A stretch of DNA of 64,000 nucleotides from Blastocystis sp. Blastoise (Eukaryota; Protista; Bigyra: Opalinata), in the NCBI GenBank assembly GCA_039096225.1, contig JBBPEB010000011.1:806001-870000 (forward strand), given 5' to 3'. Numbering within the stretch: the stretch's first letter is position 1; every line of letters starts with the position of its first letter. Below are positions 15,045-33,100 of the stretch, piece by piece. The translations under genes and the position numbers were made by a program. The notes under the pieces were generated by a model that was not told the origin of the DNA, made no database searches, and was given only the letters and a program-made list of their open reading frames with translations.

Positions 15045-16757
15045 TAAGGGCAGGAAAAAAAGTGGGCGTAATTTTGTGGTTTTTTTGTCTTTTTTGAGTG
15101 GAAATTTGTTCTTTGTTAAAAAAAGTGGTTTTTTGTTCATTATTTGTCAACAGCTTTTTCTTTATAATTTAACATGAGTTTAGTAATAAAAAGAATAAAA
15201 GAATATATTTTATTTCTTCCTTATTGTGATGATAAACATACTAACCTTCTAGCTCTTGAATAATGAAAAAAGTATTGTATAAATCAGAACATTATAAGAA
15301 AGAAATGTTATTCGCTCACTGTAAGATCTGAACCAGCTAGCTTTAGAATAATAGATCAATAAGAACAATTAATAAGGATACATGTTGAAAACAGATGTTA
15401 CTGATTACACATAGAAAACACTCTTATTGAAACTGTTTATTATGTCTCTTGTTACTATACACCTAAACACTAATAGATTATCAAATAGAATAATAATAAA
15501 GTAAAAAAACAGTTCTTTTGATGATATTTTTTTTACATCTTTTATTTTCATTTTAATATATATTTATATGTTTTTTAATTTCCTTTTGTGTTTATTATTG
15601 TAGTATGAACTCTATAATAAATAATAAATAAGTATATTGCCAATTTATATTCAAAAAAATAATAGAATAAAAGCAATGTTGTAAAAATTTGTATAAAAGC
15701 GTTTGGTGAGTGTTGAATATAGTCTGACAATAGCATTAAATATAATTTAGTTTCTAACAACATATATATAATCTCATTTGTTTAATAATCTTGTTACAAT
15801 GGATATTAACAGCTAACAAAAGTCTATTTTCTTTCTATTTCATAACAATGTACAAAGTGGGCTCATTTATAGTTTATAGAATAAAAATAAATATATATTT
15901 ATCATTAACTATCATTTTCTTCAAAATATAATACAAAAATAGGTTTTATCATTCAATAAATAAAGAAATACGACAGTAATATACAATGCCATTTTATTTT
16001 TTATTAAAATTTCTTTGCTTAGCATGCTCTAATTTAGTGTTTATATTGATATCTTATAGTAAAACAACAAGAATTAGTTTTAGTGTGGATGATAATCACA
16101 ATTATTTTACAGTAGATACTATCTTTCAGTTGATTCTATTTTCAACTGATATATTTATACAAATGAAAGCATAATCAACCTTTTCTGAGATTCTTTTAAA
16201 AAAACACTAATGATGGTTATAAACTATAAAAACTATACTAGTTGACTCGATAATAATATATCTATCATAAATACTATATTATAAACTTTTTAAAACTCCT
16301 TAACATTCTAAATATAGCCTTTGAAATAAAAAGGAGATAACAATTTTTACACTGCGACATAATTTGAAAAAACATGGGGAAATGGTAATTTAATGGGATT
16401 ATTTTGATACAAAAAAAAAAGTGGTTTTTTGTTCATCATTCAAAAAAATACAAACCATATTTTCTCTTAATATAGATAATATTAATTGTGTTTTAAATGT
16501 TTGTTAATAAAATTATCGTTTTTGTTGATTAATCATTCTTCAAATATTTTATAATTATCAATATTAAATGAAATAAATGACTAAACATAATTTCCTTCGT
16601 TTTTTCTTTTCAAATTTCTTAGAAAAAAAAATAGCAAGATATTCACGAATATACTATTTTTAACAGTGTAAAACAATGAATTCTCAATATTGTGTTTTTT
16701 TGGTGGAAAAATGTGGAAAAAAGTGGCCACTTTTTCCCACTTTTTTTCCTAGCTCTA
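15045..16757. mobile_element. Non-autonomous hAT-family element, 1713 bp, 8-bp TSD ATGTCTAT
   Basis: Left end TAAGGGCAGGAAAAAAAGTGGG; right end (rc) TAGAGCTAGGAAAAAAAGTGGG. ATGTCTAT at 15037-15044 and 16758-16765. Subterminal (T)nGTGG and (A)nGTGG motifs are shared with the hAT at 47155-50751. Confidence 0.85.
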
Positions 16758-16779
16758 ATGTCTATAAAGACTTTCATTA

Positions 16780-16852
16780 GCCCGTCTAGCTCAGTCGGTA
16801 GAGCGCCAGGCTCTTAACCTGGTGGTCGGGGGTTCGAGCCCCCCGGTGGGCG
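16780..16852 (+). tRNA. tRNA-Lys(CUU)
   Basis: GCCCGTC/GGTGGGC acceptor stem, D arm GCTC-AGTCGGTA-GAGC, anticodon arm CCAGG-CTCTTAA-CCTGG, T loop TTCGAGC. Followed by a T6 Pol III terminator. Confidence 0.97.
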
Positions 16853-18811
16853 ATTCTTTTTGTATTTTTTTAAAAGTATATTTTTACTTTTATTTTAAAT
16901 ACAATAGGAATGGAATTGATAGTTATTTTTAGAATAAAAGAACATATAATTCAAAATAAAAGTTATAATAAATTAGTCAAAGCAAAAACGTAATTCATTA
17001 ATGAAATACTACTTATAATTAGCAATATGTATATCATCACATAATTTATGAATCAATTAAATAATCCAAAAAATTAGAAATGGTTAGTCATATTTGGTTT
17101 TTTATAAATTTGTGGAATACAAAAGTGCGTTGATGAGACGTTAATTATATCTTTACATCATAATTTTGTAGCATAAGCTTTCTTGACAACAAAATAAACC
17201 AGTATAATCCAATTTGAAGACTTTTCAAAAAATTACATTTTCCAAATAATTCAATTTATTATGTTTCTAGCAGCAAAGAATGTCATTACAGAAACTACAT
17301 AATTTCAAACCAAAATAAATATCATTTTACATTTTCCTAATTTCATTATACTGTCATAAATTATATATTTATCAAGAAGAAGTCTAAATAAGTGATAGGA
17401 TTTATTTTTGGATCAGAATTACATCAATAAAATCAATATGACTTCTGAATTAAAAAATATTATTCTCTATAAATAAGAATTATTCATTTATTAATAATTT
17501 CAAATACGCTAATATCAGTTCTACAACAATATTTCATTCATCAAACAACAGTCTGAGTGATATTTGAAAAATGAGCAGACATAATTGCAAAGTAACTGCA
17601 TATATGTTTGTATTATGCACTTTAGATGATAAATAAAGCTATGAAATCCACAAAAATGATATATATTATATTTTCGTGTTATGTGTTATGATTTGTTCTT
17701 CAATATTCTACAAAAATTAATTAATTCTGCAAATTTTTATAAAATTCTATTACTTTTTGTTTTAATCTTTTATTTATTGCTTTATGTATAAATAAAGTAT
17801 TCTTGATTACTATATAATGCTAATTTCTTATTTTTTATTGAAAAATAAAATGGATTATGTGTTGATTATTGGTAAAAACAAAACTTATAATATAGAAATA
17901 ATAAAAAATGCTTTTATGAGTATAATAATCAGATACTTAGATATAATATAAGACATTTATATCATATTTGAAACTGGAGTTTGGTTGAAGCTTCTTTTTT
18001 TATGCTTCTTTATAAATGTGTGTGTATTGTAAGTTAAGTAAGCATAATATGTATTTGTTTTTATAATGATTTGTTTCCATGATCAACAACTGTTTGCTAT
18101 AATGATAAGAGTAAGTTACTTGATCCGCAACAAAACACTCGGAAAATACGAAAATAATATTTAAATTATCTAAAAAAATAATTGGATTCATCATTGTGAT
18201 TATTTTTCAAAAACTGTTTATGAAAGGTCAAAAAGCTGATGTATTAGAAAATTAATGAATCATATTTTGTGACTTATCCCTATTTTAATATACTAAAACA
18301 GTATTTCTAACACTTTTGTCATACGGAAATGAAAAACGATGAGAGATTCACTGATGTTCAATGCTTTTCTCTTCAATAAGTTTCTTAAACGGGACTTTTT
18401 CTTTATGATTCCAATATATGAACACTTTACATTTAAAAAAAAATTTTGGTTAATACAATTTATTTTAATACTATCCAATAATAAAAAAATATTTTAAAGG
18501 CTTTATTACGGAGATTACGTGGAAAATGTCATAAATTATAAGTTAATAGTATAACTGAATACTACTTAACTATACCTATATTCTTATGTTCTTATAGAAA
18601 TAGAAAATATAAGGAATAATGACACATTCTAGTTAAGAATCAACTCTATAAAACAATTCTAGATTCAAAATTCTAGAATACAATTATCAGAATTCTGATT
18701 TTTTTCTCATGTGTCTTATACCATAAAAACGGAAGCAAAAGATTTAAAAAAGAGAAACTGAGAAAGCAAATGAATTATAAATTGATGAAATACATGGAAT
18801 GACTTCATTTT

Positions 18812-20198
18812 TTGGCATGTTCAAATTGCGCTAATTAATGTTCTCGGTACTTGGCCATATTTCAAACCAGAAAAAAAAAGAAATTTCCCGAGTTTTCAAT
18901 CGAGCAATTCCGCGATTTTTCAATACATTTTTGTGGGCACTGTTTGTCTGAAGAAAAAACTGAGGTACAATAGAGCTTTTTTATCGAGTTTAGAGTAAAT
19001 AAGTAAATGAAATTAAATTATTTTATTTTTATGTGTTATAATAAAATATAAGATATATGTGAAAAAAATATAAAAATTCTAGCATTTAAAATGAAAGAGA
19101 TATAGAATTGATAGTTAAAAAATAATAAAAAAAATTCAAATTATAGGGAAACAAATTAAAATAATTATGGGAAAATAATTATTGACTGTCTTTTTTTATA
19201 TTTTTATTTATATTTATTTCTCATTCAATTAATTTTTTTATTCAATTATAATGATTGAAAAGCATCTAGATGCTTGCTATAAATACATTATTAGCAATTT
19301 TCTATTGAAATAACGAGTTTTGTTAACGGATTCTGTATTGTTATCAAATTTATTGTACGTTTATTGTATTGACGGTCTAAAAATGGCTTCTGAATATTGC
19401 TTATTATCACTAAAAGCAATTTGAAAGTCAAGTTAATTAATTTTGTTTTGAAATTATTTTTTAAAATTAGTCTAATAATAATACTAAAACTTAGAGACCA
19501 TTTATAAACTGTTTACATTTCGAAATTGTGTGTAAAAGACATTTTTATAGTCACAATTATTATCTTCTGAAATTCATTATTCCTTTTAAATATTTCCCTT
19601 TTCCACTATTTTCTTCATGAAATAGATTTATAGACTGTATATATGGTGAAAAACCAGTATTTTCTCAACAAAACAATTTGTTGATTCAAAAAAAATTTGT
19701 TTTCAGTCTTTCCGACAAACTTTAAAATAAGATAATAATACTACACATGCTTTTCAATCATTATAATTGAATAAAAAATTAATTGAATGAGAAATAAATA
19801 TAAATAAAAATATAAAAAAGACAGTCAATAATTATTTTCCCATAATTATTTTAATTTGTTTCCCTATAATTTGAATTTTTTTTATTATTTTTTAACTATC
19901 AATTCTATATCTCTTTCATTTTAAATGCTAGAATTTTTATATTTTTTTCACATATATCTTATATTTTATTATAACACATAAAAATAAAATAATTTAATTT
20001 CATTTACTTATTTACTCTAAACTCGATAAAAAAGCTCTATTGTACCTCAGTTTTTTCTTCAGACAAACAGTGCCCACAAAAATGTATTGAAAAATCGCGG
20101 AATTGCTCGATTGAAAACTCGGGAAATTTCTTTTTTTTTCTGGTTTGAAATATGGCCAAGTACCGAGAACATTAATTAGCGCAATTTGAACATGCCAA
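18812..20198. mobile_element. Non-autonomous foldback/MULE-like element, ~1387 bp, ~453-bp TIRs, 8-9 bp TSD TTCATTTT(T)
   Basis: 18812-19265 is a near-perfect reverse complement of 19747-20198, differing mainly in homopolymer lengths. TTCATTTT lies at 18804-18811 and 20199-20206. Confidence 0.88.
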
Positions 20199-20339
20199 TT
20201 CATTTTTCATATTCTCCCGTGAATAAAATAAAAATAACATGGAACATTCCAAAACAGATATGAAGATTACTGTTAATCAAATTACCTAGAAAGATCTGGC
20301 ATTATTTTTTTATTTTTATAAAAAGTACTATTTTTAAAG

Positions 20340-21278
20340 ATGCCTATGAATAACTTCAATTTCTGTAATCCTACTCGTATTGTTTTCGGTAAGGGTCAAA
20401 TTAGTCAACTTCCCAATTATATTCCTAAGGATAAGACTGTCATTATGACTACTGGTGGTGGTAGTATTAAGAGAAATGGTGTTTATGATCAAGTCGTTAA
20501 GGCTTTAGAAGGTTACACTGTAAAGGAATTCTGGGGTATTGAAGCTAATCCTGATTTTGAAACTTTATTAAAGGTTCTTGCTATTGTCAAGGAAGTAGGT
20601 GCTGATAATTGTTATCTTCTTTCTGTTGGTGGTGGTTCTGTTCTTGATGGTACCAAGTTAGTTGCTGCTGCTGCTTATTATACTCATTCTGATGATCCAT
20701 GGGAAATCTTAGAAACTTATGGTGCTTATATTACTAAAGCTGTTCCTGTAGTTGATATCATCACTCTTCCTGCTACTGGTTCTGAAATGAATGATAACTC
20801 TGTTGTCAGTTGGAGAAATAAACATTTAAAGATGGCTTTTGCTAGTTATTATGTCTTCCCCGTTGTTTCTATCTTAGATCCTGAAACTACTTATTCTCTT
20901 CCTACTAAACAAACTGCTAATGGTGTTGTTGATTCTATTGTTCATGTCTGTGAACAATATGCTACTTATCCTCAGGGTATATATACTTTTTGTTATATTA
21001 ATAATTATATGTATTTATATTGTAATTTATTATTATTATTATTATTATATATATATATATACATATATTATATTTATTATTCTTTATTATATGTATGTAT
21101 TATATTTATTTATATTTATTATTCTTTATTATATATGTATATATAGGTGCTGATATTAACGATAGATATGCTGAATCTATTCTTAAAGTCCTTATTGATG
21201 ATGGTGCTAAGGTAATGACTGATCCTAATAATTATCAAGTTAGAGCTAATATCATGTGGGGTGCTACTCAAGTATATA

Positions 21279-21342
<64 letters not shown>

Positions 21343-21996
21343 GTTATTGTTATTATTATTATATAGGCTCTTAATAAGTGGATTGCTCAAGGTGTTTGTG
21401 AAGATTGGGCTACTCATATGATTGGACATGAACTTACTGCTTATTTAGGTATATATTTATTTATTATTATTGTTTATTATTATTATTAATGTATGTATAT
21501 ATATATTTAGGTATGGATCATGGTCAAACTCTTGCTTGTATTCAACTATATATATATATATAATATAATTATAATATTATATCTATTATTATTCTATATA
21601 TATAACCTAGAGTATTCCGTTATAAGTTTGAACAGAAGAAGGAAAGATTAGCTCAAATGGCTGAAAGAGTCTTCAATATTACTGAAGGTACTGTTGAAGA
21701 AAAGGCTGAAGGTGCTATTAAAGCTCTTGAAGATTTCTATGCTAATGTTATGAAGGTTCCTACTCATATTTCTGAATATAACGTTTCTCAAGATAAAGCT
21801 TGGATTCAAGATGTTAAAGAAAAATATATATATATAATATTATATATATACATATAACATTATATATACATATAACATTATATATACATATATATAACAA
21901 TATATATATAGATTCACTAAGGGTGGTGTTAAATTAGGTGAACATCAAGATATTTTACCTGAAGATGTTGAAAAGATTATTTTAGCTAGTTATTAA
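20340..21996 (+). CDS. Iron-containing alcohol dehydrogenase, YqhD/BdhA (butanol dehydrogenase) type; 6 exons
   Basis: NPTRIVFGKG, GGGSIKRNGVYDQV, GIEANP, VGGGSVLDGTK, TLPATGSEMN, ILDPETTYSLP, DWATHMIGHELTA, DHGQTLA and KLGEHQDI are family motifs. TAA at 21994-21996. Confidence 0.93.
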
Positions 21997-22450
21997 GGTT
22001 AATATTATCAATTTTCTTTTTTGAATTATTATACATTTAGATTGCCTGCTAATTTTATCTAATTATGAATAATAATAATTGATAATTTACTTTTGAATTT
22101 CTTTTTATAGAAATAAATTCCTTTTGTATTATAATATATCATTGTTTGCAATTTCTGTGTTTTGTTTTTATTATTAACGTGATAATAATGTTTAAAACTA
22201 TTAAAAATTAATATTTATTCATTTTGTCAAATAGATGTATTCATTAAAGCCTACTCTTATTATAGTAATAATAATTATTATGAGATTGTATATAATAAAA
22301 AGTACAATAAACAAACTAAAATAGAAAAATAAATTTAGAACAGATACACAAACAGAAAAGAAAAATAAAAAAAGTGTTGCCGATAATATATAGTAGTAAA
22401 TATATGAGTAAAACAAATACAATTATATTATATATATGTATAAATAAAGC

Positions 22451-23536
22451 TTAATAATTCTTTCTTCTATTTCTCCATTCTAACTTCCATCGTTCCATAT
22501 CAATAGGATTTAATTCTTCTGTAGCTTCCTCATCCTCTTTCCATATCTATATATCGATTTAGTATCATAAATTTATAATAAATATTAAATATATAAATAG
22601 AATGACATATAAATAATAATAAAAAATATATAAATATTATAATAACAAAAAAAAAATATAAAAATGAATTCAGAAAAGATATTTATAATTTCATTATATA
22701 TATACCTTAATACTCTTATCTCCTTCACAAGTAATAAGTCGAGTTCCAGTTTTATCATAACAACTAGCTAAGATAGAAGCTTCACTTTCTAAAGTACCAG
22801 GTATTAATTTAGAATCTTGTTGATCAAAACAATAACCTGTTTCCCAATCATACCATCGCATCTTACCATTATTACCACCAGAAAACAAGACATTCCCGCG
22901 ATTTATGGATATTGTATTTAATATATAGTTATGACCAGTAATATTATGTAAGAATGTACCCTATAAAATAATAAATATAATTATAAAATATTGAAAATAT
23001 ATATATATATAATGATAGTAATAATATACTTCAGGACATTTCCATTTCTTTATATTATCAGCAGAAGCACTAGCAAATGTATATTCTCTATATATATATA
23101 AGTATATAATATTCATTAAGAAGTAATAACATCATAAATCATGATACTATATCAGTAATTAAATATGTATTTAGAATAACAACTCTTTAAAGAAAGCATA
23201 AAAAAATGTGAAAAATAATTGATATATAAATATATATAAATATATATAAATAAATATATATATACTCAGGATGGAAGACAATAGATCGAACACCCTTTTT
23301 ATGATGTGTTAATACAGTTGATGTTGATCCTGCAGCGAGGTCCCACAGTCTCATTGTAGCATCCATACTACCTGTTATTAACTATAGAGGATAAGAGGGA
23401 GTTCAGGGATATATATAATGTATAGATATTATATATATATATTGAGTAATATAGTACATAATGACATAACATAAGTAATGAGTAATGAATATAAGTATAA
23501 ATAATATATATATAATAAATTAAGAATAAAGAATAT

Positions 23537-23569
<33 letters not shown>

Positions 23570-24102
23570 CTTGTGGTTCAGCAGCTTGAGAGACAATAGA
23601 GCATATAGTTCCTTTATGTCCTCCTAATACCATAACTTCTGCCTTTGTACGTATATCCCATACACGACATACACTATCTCTACCTCCACTAAATAATATA
23701 TCTAATGTAGGATGAAGAGCTAAGGAGTATACACCACTTAAATGACCTGTATAAGAACGAATAACCTATAAAAGGAGAAGGAAAATAGACTCATATATAT
23801 ATATATATAATAATAATAAAAATGATGACAATAATTTTGTTTAAGAAAATAAATATAGTTATAATGACAATAATAATAATAATACTATACTCTATTTGTT
23901 TCAAGATCCCAACATTTTACAGCTTTATCTTCACCTCCAGTAAACATAAAAGGCGATCGTTCACTGATGGCAACAGCACGCACACTATGTGAATGACCGG
24001 TGAGTGTCAATTTTAATGTACCACTAGCAAGATCCCATATCTATAGTATTATTATAATAAATATAATAAATATAATAAATATAATAAATATAATAAATAT
24101 AA

Positions 24103-24133
<31 letters not shown>

Positions 24134-24370
24134 ACATAATAAATAAATAAATAAACATAATAACTATAATAATAATAATATATACCTTAATAGTACGATC
24201 ATTGCTTCCAGTAGCAAACCATTCATTGGAGACATCGACATCAACGCAATTTACCCATCCTAAATGACCTGTAATAACTTTATCCAATTTCCACGGGGCA
24301 TGCCATGCTGGCTTAGGAACAGAGGATTGCTGACGAACAATTAAAGCATTACTCATTTCATTCTATATAT

Positions 24371-24433
<63 letters not shown>

Positions 24434-24971
24434 TTTAAGACACATAATATATTTAAATATCAAATATAATATCATATATATACTTCACCATTTTCATTGT
24501 TATTAACAAGAGCTTGATAAGGAATAAGACCAAAAGATTTATCAGAATTCTTTTCATTTTCTTTTCTATTTAATTCTGATAAAGCAGCGTCAATAATATT
24601 CTTTGATGGTTTAGAATTAACTTCCGGAGTTGGTTCTGATAATTCAGATAAAACTTGAGTTGGTGTAACATGTTCTTCTTCAATTCCCATCTCATCGAAA
24701 AGAGTCTGATTTTCTTCTGACTTCTTGACTTTCTTAGCAAGTGGAACATACTCCTTTACTGCATCGTATTCTTGTAATATTTTTGTAGTTACTCGAATTC
24801 TCTCGCCTTCAGGAAATGTAGTCTGATCCTTTCCTTGTGTCTTGATAAACATATCATCCGTTAAAGCAATATCACGTTTGATTGTTTTTTCAAAATCGAC
24901 TGGTGATTTCTTTTCTACTTCCTACAATCAATATAATATAACTTCTCATAAATCAATTAATGACATACCAT
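22451..24971 (-). CDS. PLRG1: Pleiotropic regulator 1 / Prp46, WD40 spliceosomal NTC protein
   Basis: [44 protein letters not shown] and [13 protein letters not shown] are PLRG1 signatures. GT-AG introns are in frame. The first coding exon appears to be only ATG (24969-24971). Confidence 0.93.
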
Positions 24972-26058
24972 GTTCGAAAACTCAACCAAATTCTATTTTT
25001 AAAATAATATATAAATTTATTGTTGCAAAAATAAAAACCAAGGAAATCTACATTTCTCTTAGTGAAAAAATTAAATCGAAGAGTTTTTTTCCAAAAAATA
25101 AGAAAATCAATTTAAATTCGGTATTCTTTTTAAAATACAAGATCTACTTGATCAAAGTATCAGCCATAACATGAAAATTCAAAATTGGTATAAAATTACT
25201 TTTTAAAAACATTTTTCTAAGATGTATCTCCTTTTTATATTTCATAAATGCAAATTAATGGCTCTAAAAGATGCATAAAACTCATCAAAATGATATTGGA
25301 ATGATATTTAATAAGTTATATGGCAGTAATTTAATTTATCTAACATTTATAGTCATAATATATAAAAATATGTGTTATATATATTTAAAAAAATACAGCT
25401 ACTGAAGCATCTGTGATTATTTATATGTTATTGTATAATATTTTGAATAGTTTCTTTTTAAAAGTGTTGTCACGAAATTAAAAATGATAGCAATGATAGT
25501 ATCTGAAATATAAACTCTATTTAATGTCAAAGAAAAAAGTATTAGCATTAAAAATTATAATTTCAACATAATTGCATCTTTTGAATGCAATTGTTATATT
25601 TCCCATAGTTCTTAGAATATAAAGATCTACATACATATAATTAGGAGTATTTGAATGTGAAAGATCAATTAATTCACACTTAATGAAACTTTAAAGGACA
25701 TTCATTGAAACTATATCAATAAGAATGATATAAGCCATTAACAAACAATAATCAGAACAAAGAAATATATAAATATAGAAGAGATTCAGTAATAAATAAC
25801 ACATTATTGATTAGATACTCGGAAAATGAATGGAATATCTGCTTACTTACACTTCTATTAATTATAAAAAAATAGAATATTAACTAGAATATCTTAAATA
25901 TCATGAATTAATAAGTGAAGAAGAATTGTTTAGAAAAATCTCATAAGATTTATATATTTCTGAAACACAAAAGAATTTGAGTGCATTTGAAAAAATATTC
26001 TTGAGAAAAAGTGTTCAAAGATCTCTTTTTTTAACAATTTATTTATAGTTCTATCATT

Positions 26059-26594
26059 ATGCTTGCTCGTTCTTTTGTTGCTTTAAACTCTTCTAAGGTT
26101 TGTATTCGTTGTTTTTCAGACATAAAAAAGTCTAACATATATACGAAAACGGGAGATAAAGGTTCATCATCTCTTTATAATGGTGAGAGAAGAAAGAAGT
26201 ATGATGACGTATTTCAAGCTCTAGGAGATACTGATGAACTCAATTCGTATTTTTTTTAAATATTTTGTGTTCTCTTGTTTTTTATTATTTATTTATAAAT
26301 CTAGATTCATTGGTTTAGCTCGTGGTTATTGTGAAAAATCCAATAATGGTCTCAGTGAAAAACTTATTGAAGTAAATAAATATATATGTCTTTTATATTA
26401 TTTTTTTTTAAAAATAAGTATATATTGAAAAACTTTATATAGGTTCAATCAAGACTTTTTGATCTTGGAGCTGCTATTGCAACACCAACCACTGGTAAAT
26501 CAGAGTATATATATATATACATTGTTTTTTTTGCATATTATTTTTAGTTTTTATATTTTTTTGTCTTTCATAATATTTAAAAATATTCTATATA

Positions 26595-26632
<38 letters not shown>

Positions 26633-27355
26633 TAAAAGTACTATATAACACATCTAATAATAGTGAAGAGAGATTAAAGAGAGTATTATTTACTGATGAT
26701 AATATTTTAAGATTAGAGCATTGGATTGATGAATTAGATTCTAAATTACCTCCTTTTAAAACATTTACTATACCTGTATATATACATATATACATATATC
26801 TTTCAATCCATTTATTCTTCATATAACTATTATTATGTATTCATCAATATTGAATTCAATTATAGTCATCATATACGGCTTCTGCTCATCTTCAAGTAGC
26901 TAGAAGTGTATGTAGAAGAGCAGAAAGACATGTCGTACCCCTTGTTGAAAGAGGAGAAGTTGATCCTGTTGTTCAACGTTATTTAAATAGGTATAAAACG
27001 ATTTTTCTATTGATTTTTTTTATTGAATATTCTATAAATCATTTATATCGAATTATTAATCATTCATATCGAGTTATAAATCATTTATATCGAATTATAA
27101 AACATTCATATCAAATTATAAATCATTTATATCGAATTATTAATCATTTATATCGAATTATAAGCCATTTATATCGAATTATAAACCATTTATATCGAGT
27201 TATAAATCATTTATTCATTCCATAATAAATATAACAAATATGATATCTATAGATTGAGTGATTTCCTGTATGTTTGTGGAAGATGGGCTGTTAATTTTGA
27301 TAAGATTGAAGAAATTCCTTGGGTCCCTCATAAAGAATTTAAGAAAAATAATTAA
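26059..27355 (+). CDS. MMAB: ATP:cob(I)alamin adenosyltransferase (PduO/MMAB type) with likely mitochondrial presequence
   Basis: [38 protein letters not shown] and YLNRLSDFL motifs across 6 GT-AG-spliced exons. N-terminus MLARSFVAL...IRCFS. Confidence 0.93.
27035..27215 (+). repeat. 21-bp minisatellite (ATAAATCATTTATATCGAATT-like, ~8.5 copies) in the last MMAB intron
   Basis: Tandem units are visible directly and produce the spurious INHLYRI repeat ORF. Confidence 0.85.
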
Positions 27356-27716
27356 TTATACCCATTCTACGCTACCCCAATAGCTTTTAAATTATATATA
27401 TATATATTTTGCATTTAATCATTTTTATTTTCATAAATTTCTGCTTTTGTTCTATCTAGACTCATATTCTCATCAAGAATATATATTAATGCAACAATAA
27501 TCAACATTAGTTATAAAACAAAATCAATAAATGAATAAAGGTCATAAAACCAAGAACTTTATTTTTTTATATATTGGTATAAAGGCGATAAAACTGGGAA
27601 TTTCTGTCTTTATAGAAAAATGATCAAAAATTTCGTGGAGAAAATAAGAAAAACGTAGTTGACCTTTATTGTCTATTATTTCTTATTTAAAGACTTTACT
27701 GAGCATATAAACAAGA

Positions 27717-32677
<4,961 letters not shown>

Positions 32678-32846
32678 ATCAATTTAATATTTCTTTTTTA
32701 AACATTTTTATTTTTTTTGTTATTGTTTTCGTTTTTTGTATATGTTAAATGTTTTATTTAATTAATTTGTTTGTTATTTTAATAAAGAATAACTAATAAA
32801 AGTAATAATTAAAAAAAAATACATCAATTAAGAAAAGTAAAAAATA

Positions 32847-32919
32847 TTCCCATGCCGGGACTCGAACCCGGGTCGGCGAGGTGAAAACCCGCTATCCTAA
32901 CCGGCTAGACTACATGGGA
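32847..32919 (-). tRNA. tRNA-Glu(UUC)
   Basis: Reverse complement reads TCCCATG...TAGTCTAGCCGGTTAGGATA-GCGGG-TTTTCAC-CTCGC-CGAC-CCGGG-TTCGAGT-CCCGG-CATGGGA-A. Confidence 0.96.
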
Positions 32920-33100
32920 TCGATGAAATTGTATTTCTATATCATTAATTGAAATTCCAATAATGTTATTCATTTGTTTTCGTTTCTATGTATCGTTAAA
33001 TTGTGTTTATATTTTTGTTTTTAATCTTTTTATTGATCTAATTTTCGTTCACTATAAGCATTTTTTGGGGTCTGTGAAAAGGTTTTTGGTTATAACAAAC

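Noticed and set aside
16860-18800. Short ORFs in intergenic AT-rich DNA (also 14200-15040, 25200-26000 and 34500-36400)
   Set aside because: No motifs, splice structure or TIR/TSD pairs that I could support; they may be decayed elements.
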